From NCBI GenBank assembly GCA_965224705.1, contig OZ245056.1, forward strand, positions 1,120,001 to 1,184,000: 64,000 nt of DNA. Reading direction: 5' to 3'. Of the stretch, positions 48,236 through 59,220 are shown one piece after another (position 1 is the first letter of the stretch; every line of letters begins with the position of its first letter). Origin of the DNA: Spirochaetaceae bacterium. Its GTDB lineage: Bacteria; Spirochaetota; Spirochaetia; DSM-2461. Both the position numbers and the translations under genes were made by a program. Below the pieces are notes generated by a model. It saw only the letters and a list, made by a program, of their open reading frames with translations. It made no database searches and had not been told where the DNA came from.

Positions 48236-50525
48236 TCTTGCGTTTCTCCCCCGTTATGGACTCGACTTCTTCCCTAAAAAGTACTATATCCTTACGGCAA
48301 TTTTTTTCGATCTCCTCCAAAAGTGGTTTGACATCTTTGTTCTTCCATTTGTTTTTTTCAAGCCATATATAGAAATAAAATGCCAGATTGCAGTATGTTT
48401 CGCTAAACTTCCAATCGGATTTGTTCCACTCCAGAATTTTGTCGATCAACCCCGATTCGCGGAAGGCTGTCAGCACCAGATACCTCCGCAGGGAAGTGGC
48501 CCTCCACTCAGGCCAAAACTCATCCAGACTGAAATCGCTGCCCAAAAGATGCAGGGCTAACGCGTCTTTGATGTACTCGTTTATCTGCAAAAAGCTGAAA
48601 ATCGGAAACAGAGTGTGGGGCAAATCGTCGTCGTTTATCTGCTGTTCAAGTGATTCAATCAAGGACTTCCAGATTTTTAGGCGGACATCCTTAAGGGAGA
48701 GAAAACAGGCCTGAAGCGACAGGCCGATGGCCTTGTTTTTGGGGAGGGATGTTCCTCTTTTTCCCTGTAGTTTCGACAGTTCATCGGCCCTGTCCGGATT
48801 GTCTCCAAAATAAAAGACGAAACACTTTGTCCACCACGGCGATTTAAGATGCTTTGCGGCACTGCTGATATTGTCAATGCCGCGTCCGGCAAAGAACTCC
48901 TGCAAGAGGTGGTGGCTGAAGCTAATCTTTCCATCAATCTCCCGAACCAGCCGTGATCGCCGGATGATTTCATCGCACAATTGCCGGGTATTGGTCGTGT
49001 GTCCCCTCTCCGCAAGCTCCCTGCCAATCATGGCGTTGAAATCATCCGCAGGCATGTCCGTCCTTTCCTCTGTGTGCATCGTAAAGGCTATTTTCCTGAG
49101 CAAAAAGTCCTTTATCTCATGATGAAACTGGAATTTCATCCCCTTTTCTTTATCCCAGCGCTCCAGCATTATCTCGGTGAATTTCTTGAACAGTTCCGTC
49201 ACATTGGCGGGAATGTCCCGGTTTTCATACTCCGCCGTCCAGGCGAATATGGTAACCAGCAGTGGAGTCAGCTCAAAGCCGTGAATCTCCCTTATTCGGC
49301 TGAGAGTCTTGTCGGCATGGTGCAGAAGGAGTTCTTCATCGCTCCTTGCCAGGTGCTTTTTATTGCTCCGGAGGCTTCTGGAAACAATTTTTTTAGCCTG
49401 ATTCACACTCAACGCTTCAATGCTGTATGAGAGATTGAAAAACTCGCCATCATTGATGTTCTCCCCGGGTCGGGAGACGCATATAAGTCTGGTACGGGGA
49501 TATTGCGGCTTAAATTCCCGCACCAAAAACTGGAGAATCTTTTTGCGTGTTTCCGGTTCTGGTATTTCATCAAAAGCATCGACAAGCAGCATGACACGGC
49601 TCTGTTCAAAGATCTCTTTACTTATGAGAATTTCACCCGAAAGGCTCTTTGATACTTCGCCGCAAAACCCGATAAAATCATTCATGCCGCTGATATGTCC
49701 GTGCATCTCCTTAGCTTGTATAAGCAATGGGAGAATTTTGGATTTTGGTTCAGGATTTCTGGCGATAAGGTATGACAGGCGCCACAGCAGAGTGCTCTTT
49801 CCTGTGCCCGCGTCGGCCTGAATAAAAACATCTTCCTCTTTTTTTATCAGTTCTTTTTCCGTCAGTTCATCAAGCGAAAGCTTCTGCCCCTTCTTGCTGT
49901 CGGTTGTGTGCCTGTAGAGTTTCAATGATGTATAGGAATCGTCAGTAACATGGGTTGTGATAACATCATCCGGATCGAAACTTTCAACCCGTTTCTTGAT
50001 GGCATCATAGTATACAAAGACATCCGCCGTCATGCCCTTCCATACTTCGGGGCAGTGCTCATCGATGAGGGGTATCATATCCTCAATATCGAGGAAACGG
50101 ATGTTATGGCCCTGCAGTTCCTGGTCGATATAGTCGCGTGCGCGTTTGTTGATTGTGCCTCTGGCGCAAAGAATCACCTCGTCCGGTTTTCGCTTTGCCT
50201 TTTCCCCCGGCACATGCACGGGTGTGTCGGCGGCGGTCCGCAGCTGGCACACAAGATTGGCGGCATTGGAAGCCGGGTTCACCGCCATGCTAATCTTACC
50301 CTTCTTGGTCTGAACGGCGATCATCCTTTGTTGTTTCAGTTTGTCTTCTTCAATGAAAAGAATGTCTTTCCCCAACTCATCCGGGCCGTGGTTTTCTCTG
50401 GGATTCCTGTACCCCAGGGAAAGAAACAGAGTTCGCACCACGTCTTCACGGAATTTCTTTTCGTCCAATTCGCCAAGACGCTTCCTTTTTTCTTCCATTG
50501 GAACGGCGATCTTCGGGTAGTCCAT
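48222..50525 (-). CDS. Restriction-endonuclease-like (Mrr/PD-(D/E)XK) domain + NACHT/STAND NTPase
   Basis: HGPDELGKDI...IAVQTKKG nuclease motif, Walker A ADAGTGKST, Walker B LLVDAFDEI, TPLL, FSHHLLQEFFAG; GGAGG 7 nt before ATG 50525. Confidence 0.85.
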   Translation of the reverse strand: MDYPKIAVPMEEKRKRLGELDEKKFREDVVRTLFLSLGYRNPRENHGPDELGKDILFIEEDKLKQQRMIAVQTKKGKISMAVNPASNAANLVCQLRTAADTPVHVPGEKAKRKPDEVILCARGTINKRARDYIDQELQGHNIRFLDIEDMIPLIDEHCPEVWKGMTADVFVYYDAIKKRVESFDPDDVITTHVTDDSYTSLKLYRHTTDSKKGQKLSLDELTEKELIKKEEDVFIQADAGTGKSTLLWRLSYLIARNPEPKSKILPLLIQAKEMHGHISGMNDFIGFCGEVSKSLSGEILISKEIFEQSRVMLLVDAFDEIPEPETRKKILQFLVREFKPQYPRTRLICVSRPGENINDGEFFNLSYSIEALSVNQAKKIVSRSLRSNKKHLARSDEELLLHHADKTLSRIREIHGFELTPLLVTIFAWTAEYENRDIPANVTELFKKFTEIMLERWDKEKGMKFQFHHEIKDFLLRKIAFTMHTEERTDMPADDFNAMIGRELAERGHTTNTRQLCDEIIRRSRLVREIDGKISFSHHLLQEFFAGRGIDNISSAAKHLKSPWWTKCFVFYFGDNPDRADELSKLQGKRGTSLPKNKAIGLSLQACFLSLKDVRLKIWKSLIESLEQQINDDDLPHTLFPIFSFLQINEYIKDALALHLLGSDFSLDEFWPEWRATSLRRYLVLTAFRESGLIDKILEWNKSDWKFSETYCNLAFYFYIWLEKNKWKNKDVKPLLEEIEKNCRKDIVLFREEVESITGEKRKNAQS

Positions 50526-50631
50526 GTCCACGCCTCCATTTCCGCAAAAACTCCCGTCATCAATCAGTAATGACAGTCATCTGCCGATCACCTTGATTAT
50601 ACCAGGCAGAACAATGTCCCTTCAAGCAAGC

Positions 50632-51012
50632 GAGAGATTGGTTAATATTTACCGTGAACACTCTGCGCTCTCTGCGTCCTCTGCGGTTGAGAATTCTTTA
50701 CCACGAAAGACACCAAAATTTGGTGGTTTACTTTCCAGGGTTCCTGAATAAACCCCTCCTCGCTTAGCGGAGATGCCACCTTTTCCCCACTGCTGACGAA
50801 AACCGCGCTCCCAAGTAGCTTTGAGTTCATCTCAAGGCCCTCCATGCGAAAGCCCCCCACACCTGAGCCCCCCACCTCCGTCCCCTCCGTGCCTCCGTAA
50901 GAAACTCCCTTCCAGCTAAGCGAAAGGAGGGGGGATTCTCAAGGGGGAACCCCCCCTTGAGTCGTATTTTTCTTTGTTAAACTTTCTTTTTGTCGAAAAA
51001 AAAGAAAGTTTA
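50632..51012 (+). repeat. Degenerate repeat modules and two strong hairpins in the divergent intergenic region
   Basis: 3' half of the hairpin unit (50632-50688); cctccgtg module near 50874-50900; hairpins ctcaaggggg/cccccttgag (50938-50961) and taaactttcttttt/aaaaagaaagttta (50978-51012). Confidence 0.7.
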
Positions 51013-51045
51013 GGCCCAGCGGCCCGAGCGCCTGCGGCTTGAGCG

Positions 51046-51074
51046 TAGATAAAGCGGTCAAATCATGCTATGCT
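51046..51074 (+). promoter_or_regulatory. Putative sigma70 extended -10 promoter of AAA-nuclease copy 1 (equivalents precede copies 2-5)
   Basis: TAGATA-N17-TATGCT with TGn. Copy 2 has TAGATG (53163-53168)-N17-TATGTT (53186-53191). No Shine-Dalgarno before any ATG. Confidence 0.55.
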
Positions 51075-51084
51075 GAAAAGCATC

Positions 51085-52827
51085 ATGAAAAAGCTGGAAC
51101 AAGGCATCACTGAGTTCAAGGAATTTATCGATGAAAACTGCTACTTCGTCGATAAAACCCATCTTATCGGCTATCTCATCGACCACCCCAGCAAGGTTCA
51201 TTTAATCACCCGGCCCCGGCGCTTCGGCAAAACCCTGAACTTAAGCATGATCCGCTATTTCTTTGAGGCCCCCCCACCGGGCGGCAGTAGCGGCGATGTG
51301 CCGCCCAACGCCTCCCTTTTCGACGGCATGTCCATCACGGAACACCCCCGGTGCCGCGAGTTCATGGGACAGTATCCGGTAATCCACATCAGTTTCAAGG
51401 ACGTGAAAAAATCAACATTTGAGAAAAACCTGAATTTAATCAAAGATGTCATATCGGATGAATTCATCCGGCATGCTTATTTGCTGGAATGCGACTGCAT
51501 GTCAGCAAATGAGAAATCCTTTTTCAATAGAATCCTTCAAAAAGAAGCCGGGGAAGACGATTTCGAGAAATCAATCAAATACCTCTCCGCCTGGCTCCAC
51601 CGCGCCCACGGCAAACCACCCTACATCCTTCTGGACGAGTATGACACCCCCCTCCATTCGGCCCATGTGGATAAGTACTACGATCAGATGATCACCTTTA
51701 TCCGCAGCTTCATGGTGCAGACCTTCAAGGACAACCCCCATCTGAAACAGGCCGTGGTGATTGGCATATTGAAAGTTGCCCAGGAAAGCATATTCAGCGA
51801 TTTTAACAATCCCAGGGTCAGTACATTGCTGGATCCGGAAATTGAAGACAGCTTTGGGTTCACCGAGTCCGAGGTAGAGGCCATGACCGCCTACTTCGGA
51901 CTGGAAGACGAAATGGAAGGCATAAAAGAATGGTACAACGGCTACCTCTTCGGCGGTGATACCGTCATCTACAATCCATGGAGCATAGTCAGTTTTCTTA
52001 GCCGCCCCAGGGCCGGATTGAAACCCCACTGGATAGGCACCAGCGACAACAGGCTGATCAAGGATGTCATCAATTTAGACCGCCGGGAAGCCAAAATGAC
52101 AATAGAAAAACTCCTGCGGAAGGAGGAAGTCCGTAAACCCCTGCTGACCAACATCCCCTACCCTCAGGTGGAAAGCGACCCCGATGTGGTATGGAGCTTT
52201 CTTCTTCACAGCGGCTACCTGAAGGCCTCCGAGAGGCAGCAGGAACACAGGGACATAACATGGCGGCTTTCCATTCCCAACCTGGAGGTGGAAACCGCCT
52301 GGATTACCGTTATTTCCCGCTGGCTAAAGGAAGACATCAAAATAAACGAACACTTCACGGACTTTGTCACCGGCATCCAGGAAGTCAGTCCCCGGCACAT
52401 AGAACGGGGACTGTCCCGGATCCTTCGCGGCTTGGCTAGCTACCATGATACGGCCAGGAGCAAAGAGGAGGGGGAAGACGAGGAATCCAGACGGGAAAAC
52501 TTCTACCACGGTCTGGTACTGGGACTTCTGGCCTGCCTGAGCCCGGCTTATGCCGTTGAGAGCAACCGGGAATATGGTGAGGGCCGCCCGGACATCGTGG
52601 TACTCAAGAAGGGAAACAATCCGGCCCAGGCCGAGGAAGCCGTTCTGCTGGAATTCAAACATGGAACAGCGAAGGACGGCAAAGCCCTGGAAGATTTAGC
52701 CCGTGAAGCCCATACCCAGGCGGTAATGAAGTACATGGACGGAGTAAGGAACAAATGGCATCCGCAGCGGCTGCTTGTTCTGGGGGCGGGGTTCAAGGGC
52801 AGGGAACTGGCGGTTTTTTACGATTGA
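51085..52827 (+). CDS. AAA-ATPase-like (PF09820-type) + PD-(D/E)XK nuclease (PF08011-type) protein, copy 1
   Basis: YFVDKT, Walker A RPRRFGKT, Walker B LLDEYD, WYNGY, YNPWS, SNREYGEGRPDI...LEFK; 580 aa. Confidence 0.92.
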   Translation: MKKLEQGITEFKEFIDENCYFVDKTHLIGYLIDHPSKVHLITRPRRFGKTLNLSMIRYFFEAPPPGGSSGDVPPNASLFDGMSITEHPRCREFMGQYPVIHISFKDVKKSTFEKNLNLIKDVISDEFIRHAYLLECDCMSANEKSFFNRILQKEAGEDDFEKSIKYLSAWLHRAHGKPPYILLDEYDTPLHSAHVDKYYDQMITFIRSFMVQTFKDNPHLKQAVVIGILKVAQESIFSDFNNPRVSTLLDPEIEDSFGFTESEVEAMTAYFGLEDEMEGIKEWYNGYLFGGDTVIYNPWSIVSFLSRPRAGLKPHWIGTSDNRLIKDVINLDRREAKMTIEKLLRKEEVRKPLLTNIPYPQVESDPDVVWSFLLHSGYLKASERQQEHRDITWRLSIPNLEVETAWITVISRWLKEDIKINEHFTDFVTGIQEVSPRHIERGLSRILRGLASYHDTARSKEEGEDEESRRENFYHGLVLGLLACLSPAYAVESNREYGEGRPDIVVLKKGNNPAQAEEAVLLEFKHGTAKDGKALEDLAREAHTQAVMKYMDGVRNKWHPQRLLVLGAGFKGRELAVFYD

Positions 52828-53200
52828 TAAGCTCCGATAATGCCGACTTAAACCCCCGAATTTTTGGATTTCTGGGGTGTGAAATGCTATTGTCACGATT
52901 AAACGTCAATATGCGTGAGCCAGGTTCAATAAACCCATGAATAAGGCTCTTTGAGTATATGAAAGGGGATAAACCGCAGAGGACGCAGAGGTACGCAGAG
53001 AAATACAGCATAGAAAGATTGGTCAACACTTACCGTGAACACTCTGCGCTCTCTGCGGTTATAAAAAAAGGATTCTTCAGCTTTGCGTTCATCCAAAGCC
53101 CCCCCGCAACCACAGAGCCACCACCTCCGTGCCTCCGTGAGCCCCCCCTCCACACCCCCGTATAGATGAAACAGCCAAACCATGCTATGTTTAGTATGGC
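52828..53200 (+). repeat. Conserved inter-copy spacer with one hairpin unit (repeated at 54947-55337, 57084-57474, 59221-59629)
   Basis: 373/391/391/409 bp. Spacers 2 and 3 appear identical; spacer 1 lacks two 9-bp microrepeats. Confidence 0.92.
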
Positions 53201-54946
53201 ATGGAAAAGAATCTGACTCAGGGCATCACCGATTTCAAGAAATTCATCGACAATGATTGTTACTTTGTCGATAAAACCCGTCTCATAGAACATCTTATCA
53301 ATGACCCCAGCGAAGTGCACCTTATCACCCGACCCCGGCGCTTCGGCAAAACCCTGAACTTAAGCATGATCCGCTATTTCTTTGAGGCCCCCCCACCGGG
53401 CGGCAGCAGCGGCGATTTGCCGCCCAACGCCTCCCTTTTCGACGGCATGTCCGTCACGGAACACCCCCGGTGCCGCGAATACATGGGGCAGTATCCGGTT
53501 ATTCATTTGAGCTTTAAGGATGCCAAGGGGGCATCATTCAATGAGTGTATGGAGATAATCAGGGATATGCTCTCTATGGAATACCAGCGGCATGAATACT
53601 TACAAAATTGCGGAGTGCTGCGCGAGGCCGATAAAGAACTGTTTTCCAGAATATTGAACCGAAACAGCACCAACAACGACTGCACCCAATCCATCAAACA
53701 CCTCTCCTTCTGGCTCCACCGCGCCTACGGCAAACCACCCTACATCCTTCTCGACGAGTACGACACGCCCCTGCATTCGGCCCATGTGGACAGGTACTAC
53801 GACCAGATGATCACCTTCATCCGCAGCTTCATGGTGCAGACCTTCAAGGACAACCCCCACCTGAAACAGGCCGTGGTAATCGGCATATTAAAAGTTGCTC
53901 AGGAGAGTATATTCAGCGACTTCAACAATCCCAGTGTGTCCACCATCCTTTCCTCGGCCATGAAGGACTGCTTTGGTTTCACCGAAGCGGAAGTGGAGGC
54001 AATGGCCGCTTACTTTGGACTGGAAGACGCAATGGAGGGCATAAAAGAATGGTACAACGGCTACCTCTTCGGCGGGGACACCGTCATCTACAATCCATGG
54101 AGCATCGTCAACTATCTGCGCTCACCCGAGGAAGGGTTAACACCCCACTGGATAGGCACCAGCGACAACAGGCTGATCAAGGATGTCATCCAATTAGACC
54201 GCCGGGAAGCCAAGATGACCATAGAAAAACTCCTGCGGAAGGAAGAAGTCCGCAAACCCCTGCTGACCAACATTCCCTACCCTCAGGTGGAAAGCGACCC
54301 GGACGTAGTATGGAGCTTTTTACTCCACAGCGGCTACCTGAAGGCCTCCGAGAGGCGGCAGGAACACAGGGACATAACATGGCGGCTCTCCATTCCCAAT
54401 CTGGAGGTGGAAACCGCCTGGATTACCGTTATTTCCCGCTGGCTTAAGGAAGACATCAAGATAAACGAACACTTCACGGACTTTGTCACCGGCATACAGG
54501 AAGCCAGTCCCCGGCACATAGAACGGGGACTGTCCCGAATTCTTCGCGGCTTGGCCAGCTACCATGATACGGCCAGGAGCAAAGAGGAGGGGGAAGACGA
54601 GGAATCCAGACGGGAAAACTTCTACCACGGTCTGGTACTGGGACTTCTGGCCTGCCTGAGCCCGGCGTATGCCGTTGAGAGCAACCGGGAATATGGTGAG
54701 GGCCGCCCGGACATCGTGGTACTCAAGAAGGGAAACAATCCGGCCCAGGCCGAGGAAGCCGTTCTGCTGGAATTCAAACATGGAACAGCGAAGGACGGCA
54801 AAGCCCTGGAAGATTTAGCCCGTGAAGCCCATACCCAGGCGGTAACGAAGTACATGGACGGAGTAAGGAACAAATGGCATCCGCAGCGGCTGCTTGTTCT
54901 GGGGGTAGGGTTTAGGGGCAGGGAACTGGCGGTTTTTTATGATTGA
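53201..54946 (+). CDS. AAA-ATPase-like + PD-(D/E)XK nuclease protein, copy 2
   Basis: Same motifs intact; 581 aa. Confidence 0.92.
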   Translation: MEKNLTQGITDFKKFIDNDCYFVDKTRLIEHLINDPSEVHLITRPRRFGKTLNLSMIRYFFEAPPPGGSSGDLPPNASLFDGMSVTEHPRCREYMGQYPVIHLSFKDAKGASFNECMEIIRDMLSMEYQRHEYLQNCGVLREADKELFSRILNRNSTNNDCTQSIKHLSFWLHRAYGKPPYILLDEYDTPLHSAHVDRYYDQMITFIRSFMVQTFKDNPHLKQAVVIGILKVAQESIFSDFNNPSVSTILSSAMKDCFGFTEAEVEAMAAYFGLEDAMEGIKEWYNGYLFGGDTVIYNPWSIVNYLRSPEEGLTPHWIGTSDNRLIKDVIQLDRREAKMTIEKLLRKEEVRKPLLTNIPYPQVESDPDVVWSFLLHSGYLKASERRQEHRDITWRLSIPNLEVETAWITVISRWLKEDIKINEHFTDFVTGIQEASPRHIERGLSRILRGLASYHDTARSKEEGEDEESRRENFYHGLVLGLLACLSPAYAVESNREYGEGRPDIVVLKKGNNPAQAEEAVLLEFKHGTAKDGKALEDLAREAHTQAVTKYMDGVRNKWHPQRLLVLGVGFRGRELAVFYD

Positions 54947-55337
54947 TAAGCTCCGATAATGCCGACTTAAACCCCCGAATTTTTGGATTTCTGGGGTGTG
55001 AAATGCTATTGTCACGATTAAACATCAATATGCGTGAGCCAGGTTCAATAAACCCATGAATAAGGCTCTTTGAGTATATGAAAGGGGATAAACCGCAGAG
55101 GACGCAGAGGTACGCAGAGAAATACAGCATAGAAAGATTGGTCAACACTTACCGTGAACACTCTGCGCTCTCTGCGTCCTCTGCGGTTATAAAAAAAGGA
55201 TTCTTCAGCTTTGCGTTCATCCAAAGCCCCCCCGCAACCACAGAGCCACCACCTCCGTGCCCTCCGTGCCTCCGTGAGCCCCCCCTCCACACCCCCGTAT
55301 AGATGAAACAGCCAAACCATGCTATGTTTAGTATGGC

Positions 55338-57083
55338 ATGGAAAAGAATCTGACTCAGGGCATCACCGATTTCAAGAAATTCATCGACAATGATTGTTAC
55401 TTTGTCGATAAAACCCGTCTCATAGAACATCTTATCAATGACCCCAGCGAAGTGCACCTTATCACCCGGCCCCGTCGCTTCGGCAAAACCCTGAACTTAA
55501 GCATGATCCGCTACTTCTTTGAGGCCCCGCTGCCGGACGGCGGCAACACTGACGCACCGCCCAATGCCTCCCTTTTCGACGGCATGTCCGTCACGGAACA
55601 CCCCCGGCACCGCGAATACATGGGGCAGTATCCGGTGATTCATTTGAGCTTCAAGAATGTAAAAAGTCCTTCCCATGAGAACAGCATGCATCTCATTCAA
55701 TCCTGCCTGGCCGATGAATTCAGAAGGCATAATTATTTGAAAGACAGCGGCTGCCTCGCTGAAGAGGAATTGACATTGTTCAACAGGATTATCAGGCGCG
55801 AAGGATCGGAACAGGACTGCGCGGAATCCCTTCCTCTCCTCTCCGCCTGGCTCCACCGCGCCTACGGCAAACCACCCTACATCCTTCTCGACGAGTATGA
55901 CACGCCCCTGCATTCGGCCCATGTGGACAGGTACTACGACCAGATGATCACCTTCATCCGCAGCTTCATGGTGCAGACCTTCAAGGACAACCCCCACCTG
56001 AAACAGGCCGTGGTAATCGGCATATTAAAAGTTGCTCAGGAGAGTATATTCAGCGACTTCAACAATCCCAGGGTCAGCACATTGCTGGATCCGGAAATAG
56101 AAGACAGCTTTGGCTTTACCGAGTCCGAGGTAGAAGCCATGACAGCCTACTTTGGACTGGAAGACGAAATGAAGGGCATAAGAGAATGGTACAACGGCTA
56201 CCTCTTCGGCGGGGACACCGTTATCTACAACCCCTGGAGCATAGTCAGTTTTCTTAGCTGCCCCAGGGCCGGACTGAAACCCCACTGGATAGGCACCAGC
56301 GACAACAGGCTGATCAAGGATGTCATCCAATTAGACCGCCGGGAAGCCAAAATGACCATAGAAAAACTCCTGCGGAAGGAAGAAGTCCGCAAACCCCTGT
56401 TGACCAACATCCCCTACCCTCAGGTAGAAAGCGACCCCGATGTGGTATGGAGCTTTCTTCTTCACAGCGGCTACCTGAAGGCCTCCGAGAGGCAGCAAGA
56501 ACACAGGGACATAACATGGCGGCTTTCCATTCCCAACCTGGAGGTGGAAACCGCCTGGATTACCGTTATTTCCCGCTGGCTTAAGGAAGACATCAAGATA
56601 AACGAACACTTCACGGACTTCGTCACCGGCATACAGGAAGCCAGTCCCCGGCACATAGAACGGGGACTGTCCCGCATTCTTCGCGGCTTGGCCAGCTACC
56701 ATGATACGGCCAGGAGTAAAGAGGAGTGGGAGGACGAGGAATCCAGACGGGAGAACTTCTATCACGGCCTGGTACTGGGTCTTCTGGCCTGCCTGAGCCC
56801 GGCTTATGCCGTTGAGAGCAACCGGGAATACGGTGAGGGCCGCCCGGACATCGTGGTGGTCAAGAAGGGAAACAATCCGGCCCAGGCCGAGGAAGCCGTT
56901 CTGCTGGAATTCAAACATGGAACAGCGAAGGACGGCAAAGCCCTGGAAGATTTAGCCCGTGAAGCCCATACCCAGGCGGTAACGAAGTACATGGACGGAG
57001 TAAGGAACAAATGGCATCCGCAGCGGCTGCTTGTTCTGGGGGTAGGGTTTAGGGGCAGGGAACTGGCGGTTTTTTATGATTGA
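55338..57083 (+). CDS. AAA-ATPase-like + PD-(D/E)XK nuclease protein, copy 3
   Basis: Same motifs intact; 581 aa; starts 2137 bp after copy 2. Confidence 0.92.
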   Translation: MEKNLTQGITDFKKFIDNDCYFVDKTRLIEHLINDPSEVHLITRPRRFGKTLNLSMIRYFFEAPLPDGGNTDAPPNASLFDGMSVTEHPRHREYMGQYPVIHLSFKNVKSPSHENSMHLIQSCLADEFRRHNYLKDSGCLAEEELTLFNRIIRREGSEQDCAESLPLLSAWLHRAYGKPPYILLDEYDTPLHSAHVDRYYDQMITFIRSFMVQTFKDNPHLKQAVVIGILKVAQESIFSDFNNPRVSTLLDPEIEDSFGFTESEVEAMTAYFGLEDEMKGIREWYNGYLFGGDTVIYNPWSIVSFLSCPRAGLKPHWIGTSDNRLIKDVIQLDRREAKMTIEKLLRKEEVRKPLLTNIPYPQVESDPDVVWSFLLHSGYLKASERQQEHRDITWRLSIPNLEVETAWITVISRWLKEDIKINEHFTDFVTGIQEASPRHIERGLSRILRGLASYHDTARSKEEWEDEESRRENFYHGLVLGLLACLSPAYAVESNREYGEGRPDIVVVKKGNNPAQAEEAVLLEFKHGTAKDGKALEDLAREAHTQAVTKYMDGVRNKWHPQRLLVLGVGFRGRELAVFYD

Positions 57084-57474
57084 TAAGCTCCGATAATGCC
57101 GACTTAAACCCCCGAATTTTTGGATTTCTGGGGTGTGAAATGCTATTGTCACGATTAAACATCAATATGCGTGAGCCAGGTTCAATAAACCCATGAATAA
57201 GGCTCTTTGAGTATATGAAAGGGGATAAACCGCAGAGGACGCAGAGGTACGCAGAGAAATACAGCATAGAAAGATTGGTCAACACTTACCGTGAACACTC
57301 TGCGCTCTCTGCGTCCTCTGCGGTTATAAAAAAAGGATTCTTCAGCTTTGCGTTCATCCAAAGCCCCCCCGCAACCACAGAGCCACCACCTCCGTGCCCT
57401 CCGTGCCTCCGTGAGCCCCCCCTCCACACCCCCGTATAGATGAAACAGCCAAACCATGCTATGTTTAGTATGGC

Positions 57475-59220
57475 ATGGAAAAGAATCTGACTCAGGGCAT
57501 CACCGATTTCAAGAAATTCATCGACAATGATTGTTACTTTGTCGATAAAACCCGTCTCATAGAACATCTTATCAATGACCCCAGCGAAGTGCACCTCATC
57601 ACCCGTCCCCGTCGCTTCGGCAAAACCCTGAATTTAAGCATGATCCGCTATTTCTTTGAGGCCCCGCTGCCGGGCGGCAGCAGCGGCGATGTGCCGCCCA
57701 ACGCCTCCCTTTTCGACGGCATGTCCATCACGGAACACCCCCGGTGCCGCGAGTTCATGGGACAGTATCCGGTTATTCATTTGAGCTTTAAGGATGTTAA
57801 AAACAACGCATACAGCAAAGCAATCAACCTTGTCCGAGAAGTCATTGCCATTGAATTCAACAGGCATGGATATCTAACCGAACAAGGATTCTTAAACAGC
57901 CGGGAAGAAATTTTCTTCACAAGCATAGTCAATCAGGAAGGTACAGACGAGGACTATGCAAAATCCATCAAGTGGCTCTCCGCCTGGCTCCACCGCGCCC
58001 ACGGCAAACCACCCTACATCCTTCTGGACGAGTATGACACCCCCCTGCATTCGGCCCATGTGGATAAGTACTACGATCAGATGATCACCTTTATCCGCAG
58101 CTTCATGGTGCAGACCTTCAAGGACAACCCCCACCTGAAACAGGCCGTGGTGATCGGCATATTGAAAGTTGCTCAGGAAAGTATATTCAGCGACTTTAAC
58201 AATCCCAGGGTCAGTACATTGCTGGACCCGGAAATTGAAGACACTTTCGGGTTCACAGAATCCGAAGTGGAAACCATGGCCGCCTACTTTGGACTGGAAG
58301 ACGAGATGGATGGCATAAGAGAATGGTACAACGGCTACCTCTTCGGCGGGGACACCGTCATCTACAATCCGTGGAGCATCGTTAGCTTTCTTGGCCGCCC
58401 CAGGGCCGGGCTGAAACCCCACTGGATAGGCACCAGCGACAACAGGCTAATCAAGGATGTCATCCAATTAGACCGCCGGGAAGCCAAGATGACCATAGAA
58501 AGACTCCTGCGGAAGGAAGAAGTCCGCAAACCCCTGTTGACCAACATTCCCTACCCTCAGGTAGAAAGCGACCCCGATGTTGTATGGAGCTTTCTTCTTC
58601 ACAGCGGCTACCTGAAGGCCTCCGAAAGGCAGCAGGAACACAGGGACATAACATGGCGGCTCGCCATTCCCAACCTGGAGGTGGAAACCGCCTGGATTAC
58701 CGTTATTTCCCGCTGGCTAAAGGAAGATATCAAGATAAACGAACACTTCACGGACTTCGTCACCGGCATACAGGAAGCCAGTCCCCGGCACATAGAACGG
58801 GGGCTTTCCCGCATCCTTCGCGGTTTGACCAGCTACCATGATACGGCCAGGAGTAAAGAGGAGTGGGAGGACGAGGAATCCAGACGGGAGAACTTCTACC
58901 ACGGCCTGGTACTGGGTCTTCTGGCCTGCCTGAGCCCGGCATATATCGTTGAGAGCAACCGGGAATATGGTGAGGGCCGTCCGGACATCGTGGTACTCAA
59001 GAAGGGAAACAATCCAACCCAGGCCGAGGAAGCCGTCCTTTTGGAGTTCAAACATGGGAACGCGAAGGACGGCAAGGCCCTGGAAGATTTAGCCCGTGAA
59101 GCCCATACCCAGGCGGTAGAAAAATACCTGGACGGGGTCAGAGAAAAGTGGCATCCTGAGCGCCTGCTTGTTCTGGGAGCAGGGTTTAAGGGCAGGGAAC
59201 TGGCGGTTTTTTATGATTGA
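57475..59220 (+). CDS. AAA-ATPase-like + PD-(D/E)XK nuclease protein, copy 4
   Basis: Same motifs intact; 581 aa; starts 2137 bp after copy 3. Confidence 0.92.
   Translation: MEKNLTQGITDFKKFIDNDCYFVDKTRLIEHLINDPSEVHLITRPRRFGKTLNLSMIRYFFEAPLPGGSSGDVPPNASLFDGMSITEHPRCREFMGQYPVIHLSFKDVKNNAYSKAINLVREVIAIEFNRHGYLTEQGFLNSREEIFFTSIVNQEGTDEDYAKSIKWLSAWLHRAHGKPPYILLDEYDTPLHSAHVDKYYDQMITFIRSFMVQTFKDNPHLKQAVVIGILKVAQESIFSDFNNPRVSTLLDPEIEDTFGFTESEVETMAAYFGLEDEMDGIREWYNGYLFGGDTVIYNPWSIVSFLGRPRAGLKPHWIGTSDNRLIKDVIQLDRREAKMTIERLLRKEEVRKPLLTNIPYPQVESDPDVVWSFLLHSGYLKASERQQEHRDITWRLAIPNLEVETAWITVISRWLKEDIKINEHFTDFVTGIQEASPRHIERGLSRILRGLTSYHDTARSKEEWEDEESRRENFYHGLVLGLLACLSPAYIVESNREYGEGRPDIVVLKKGNNPTQAEEAVLLEFKHGNAKDGKALEDLAREAHTQAVEKYLDGVREKWHPERLLVLGAGFKGRELAVFYD

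Noticed and set aside
50526..50563. Peptide LMTGVFAEMEA upstream of the NACHT gene resembling a serine-resolvase helix
   Set aside because: Only about 11 residues, preceded by a stop codon and overlapping the NACHT RBS; likely chance.
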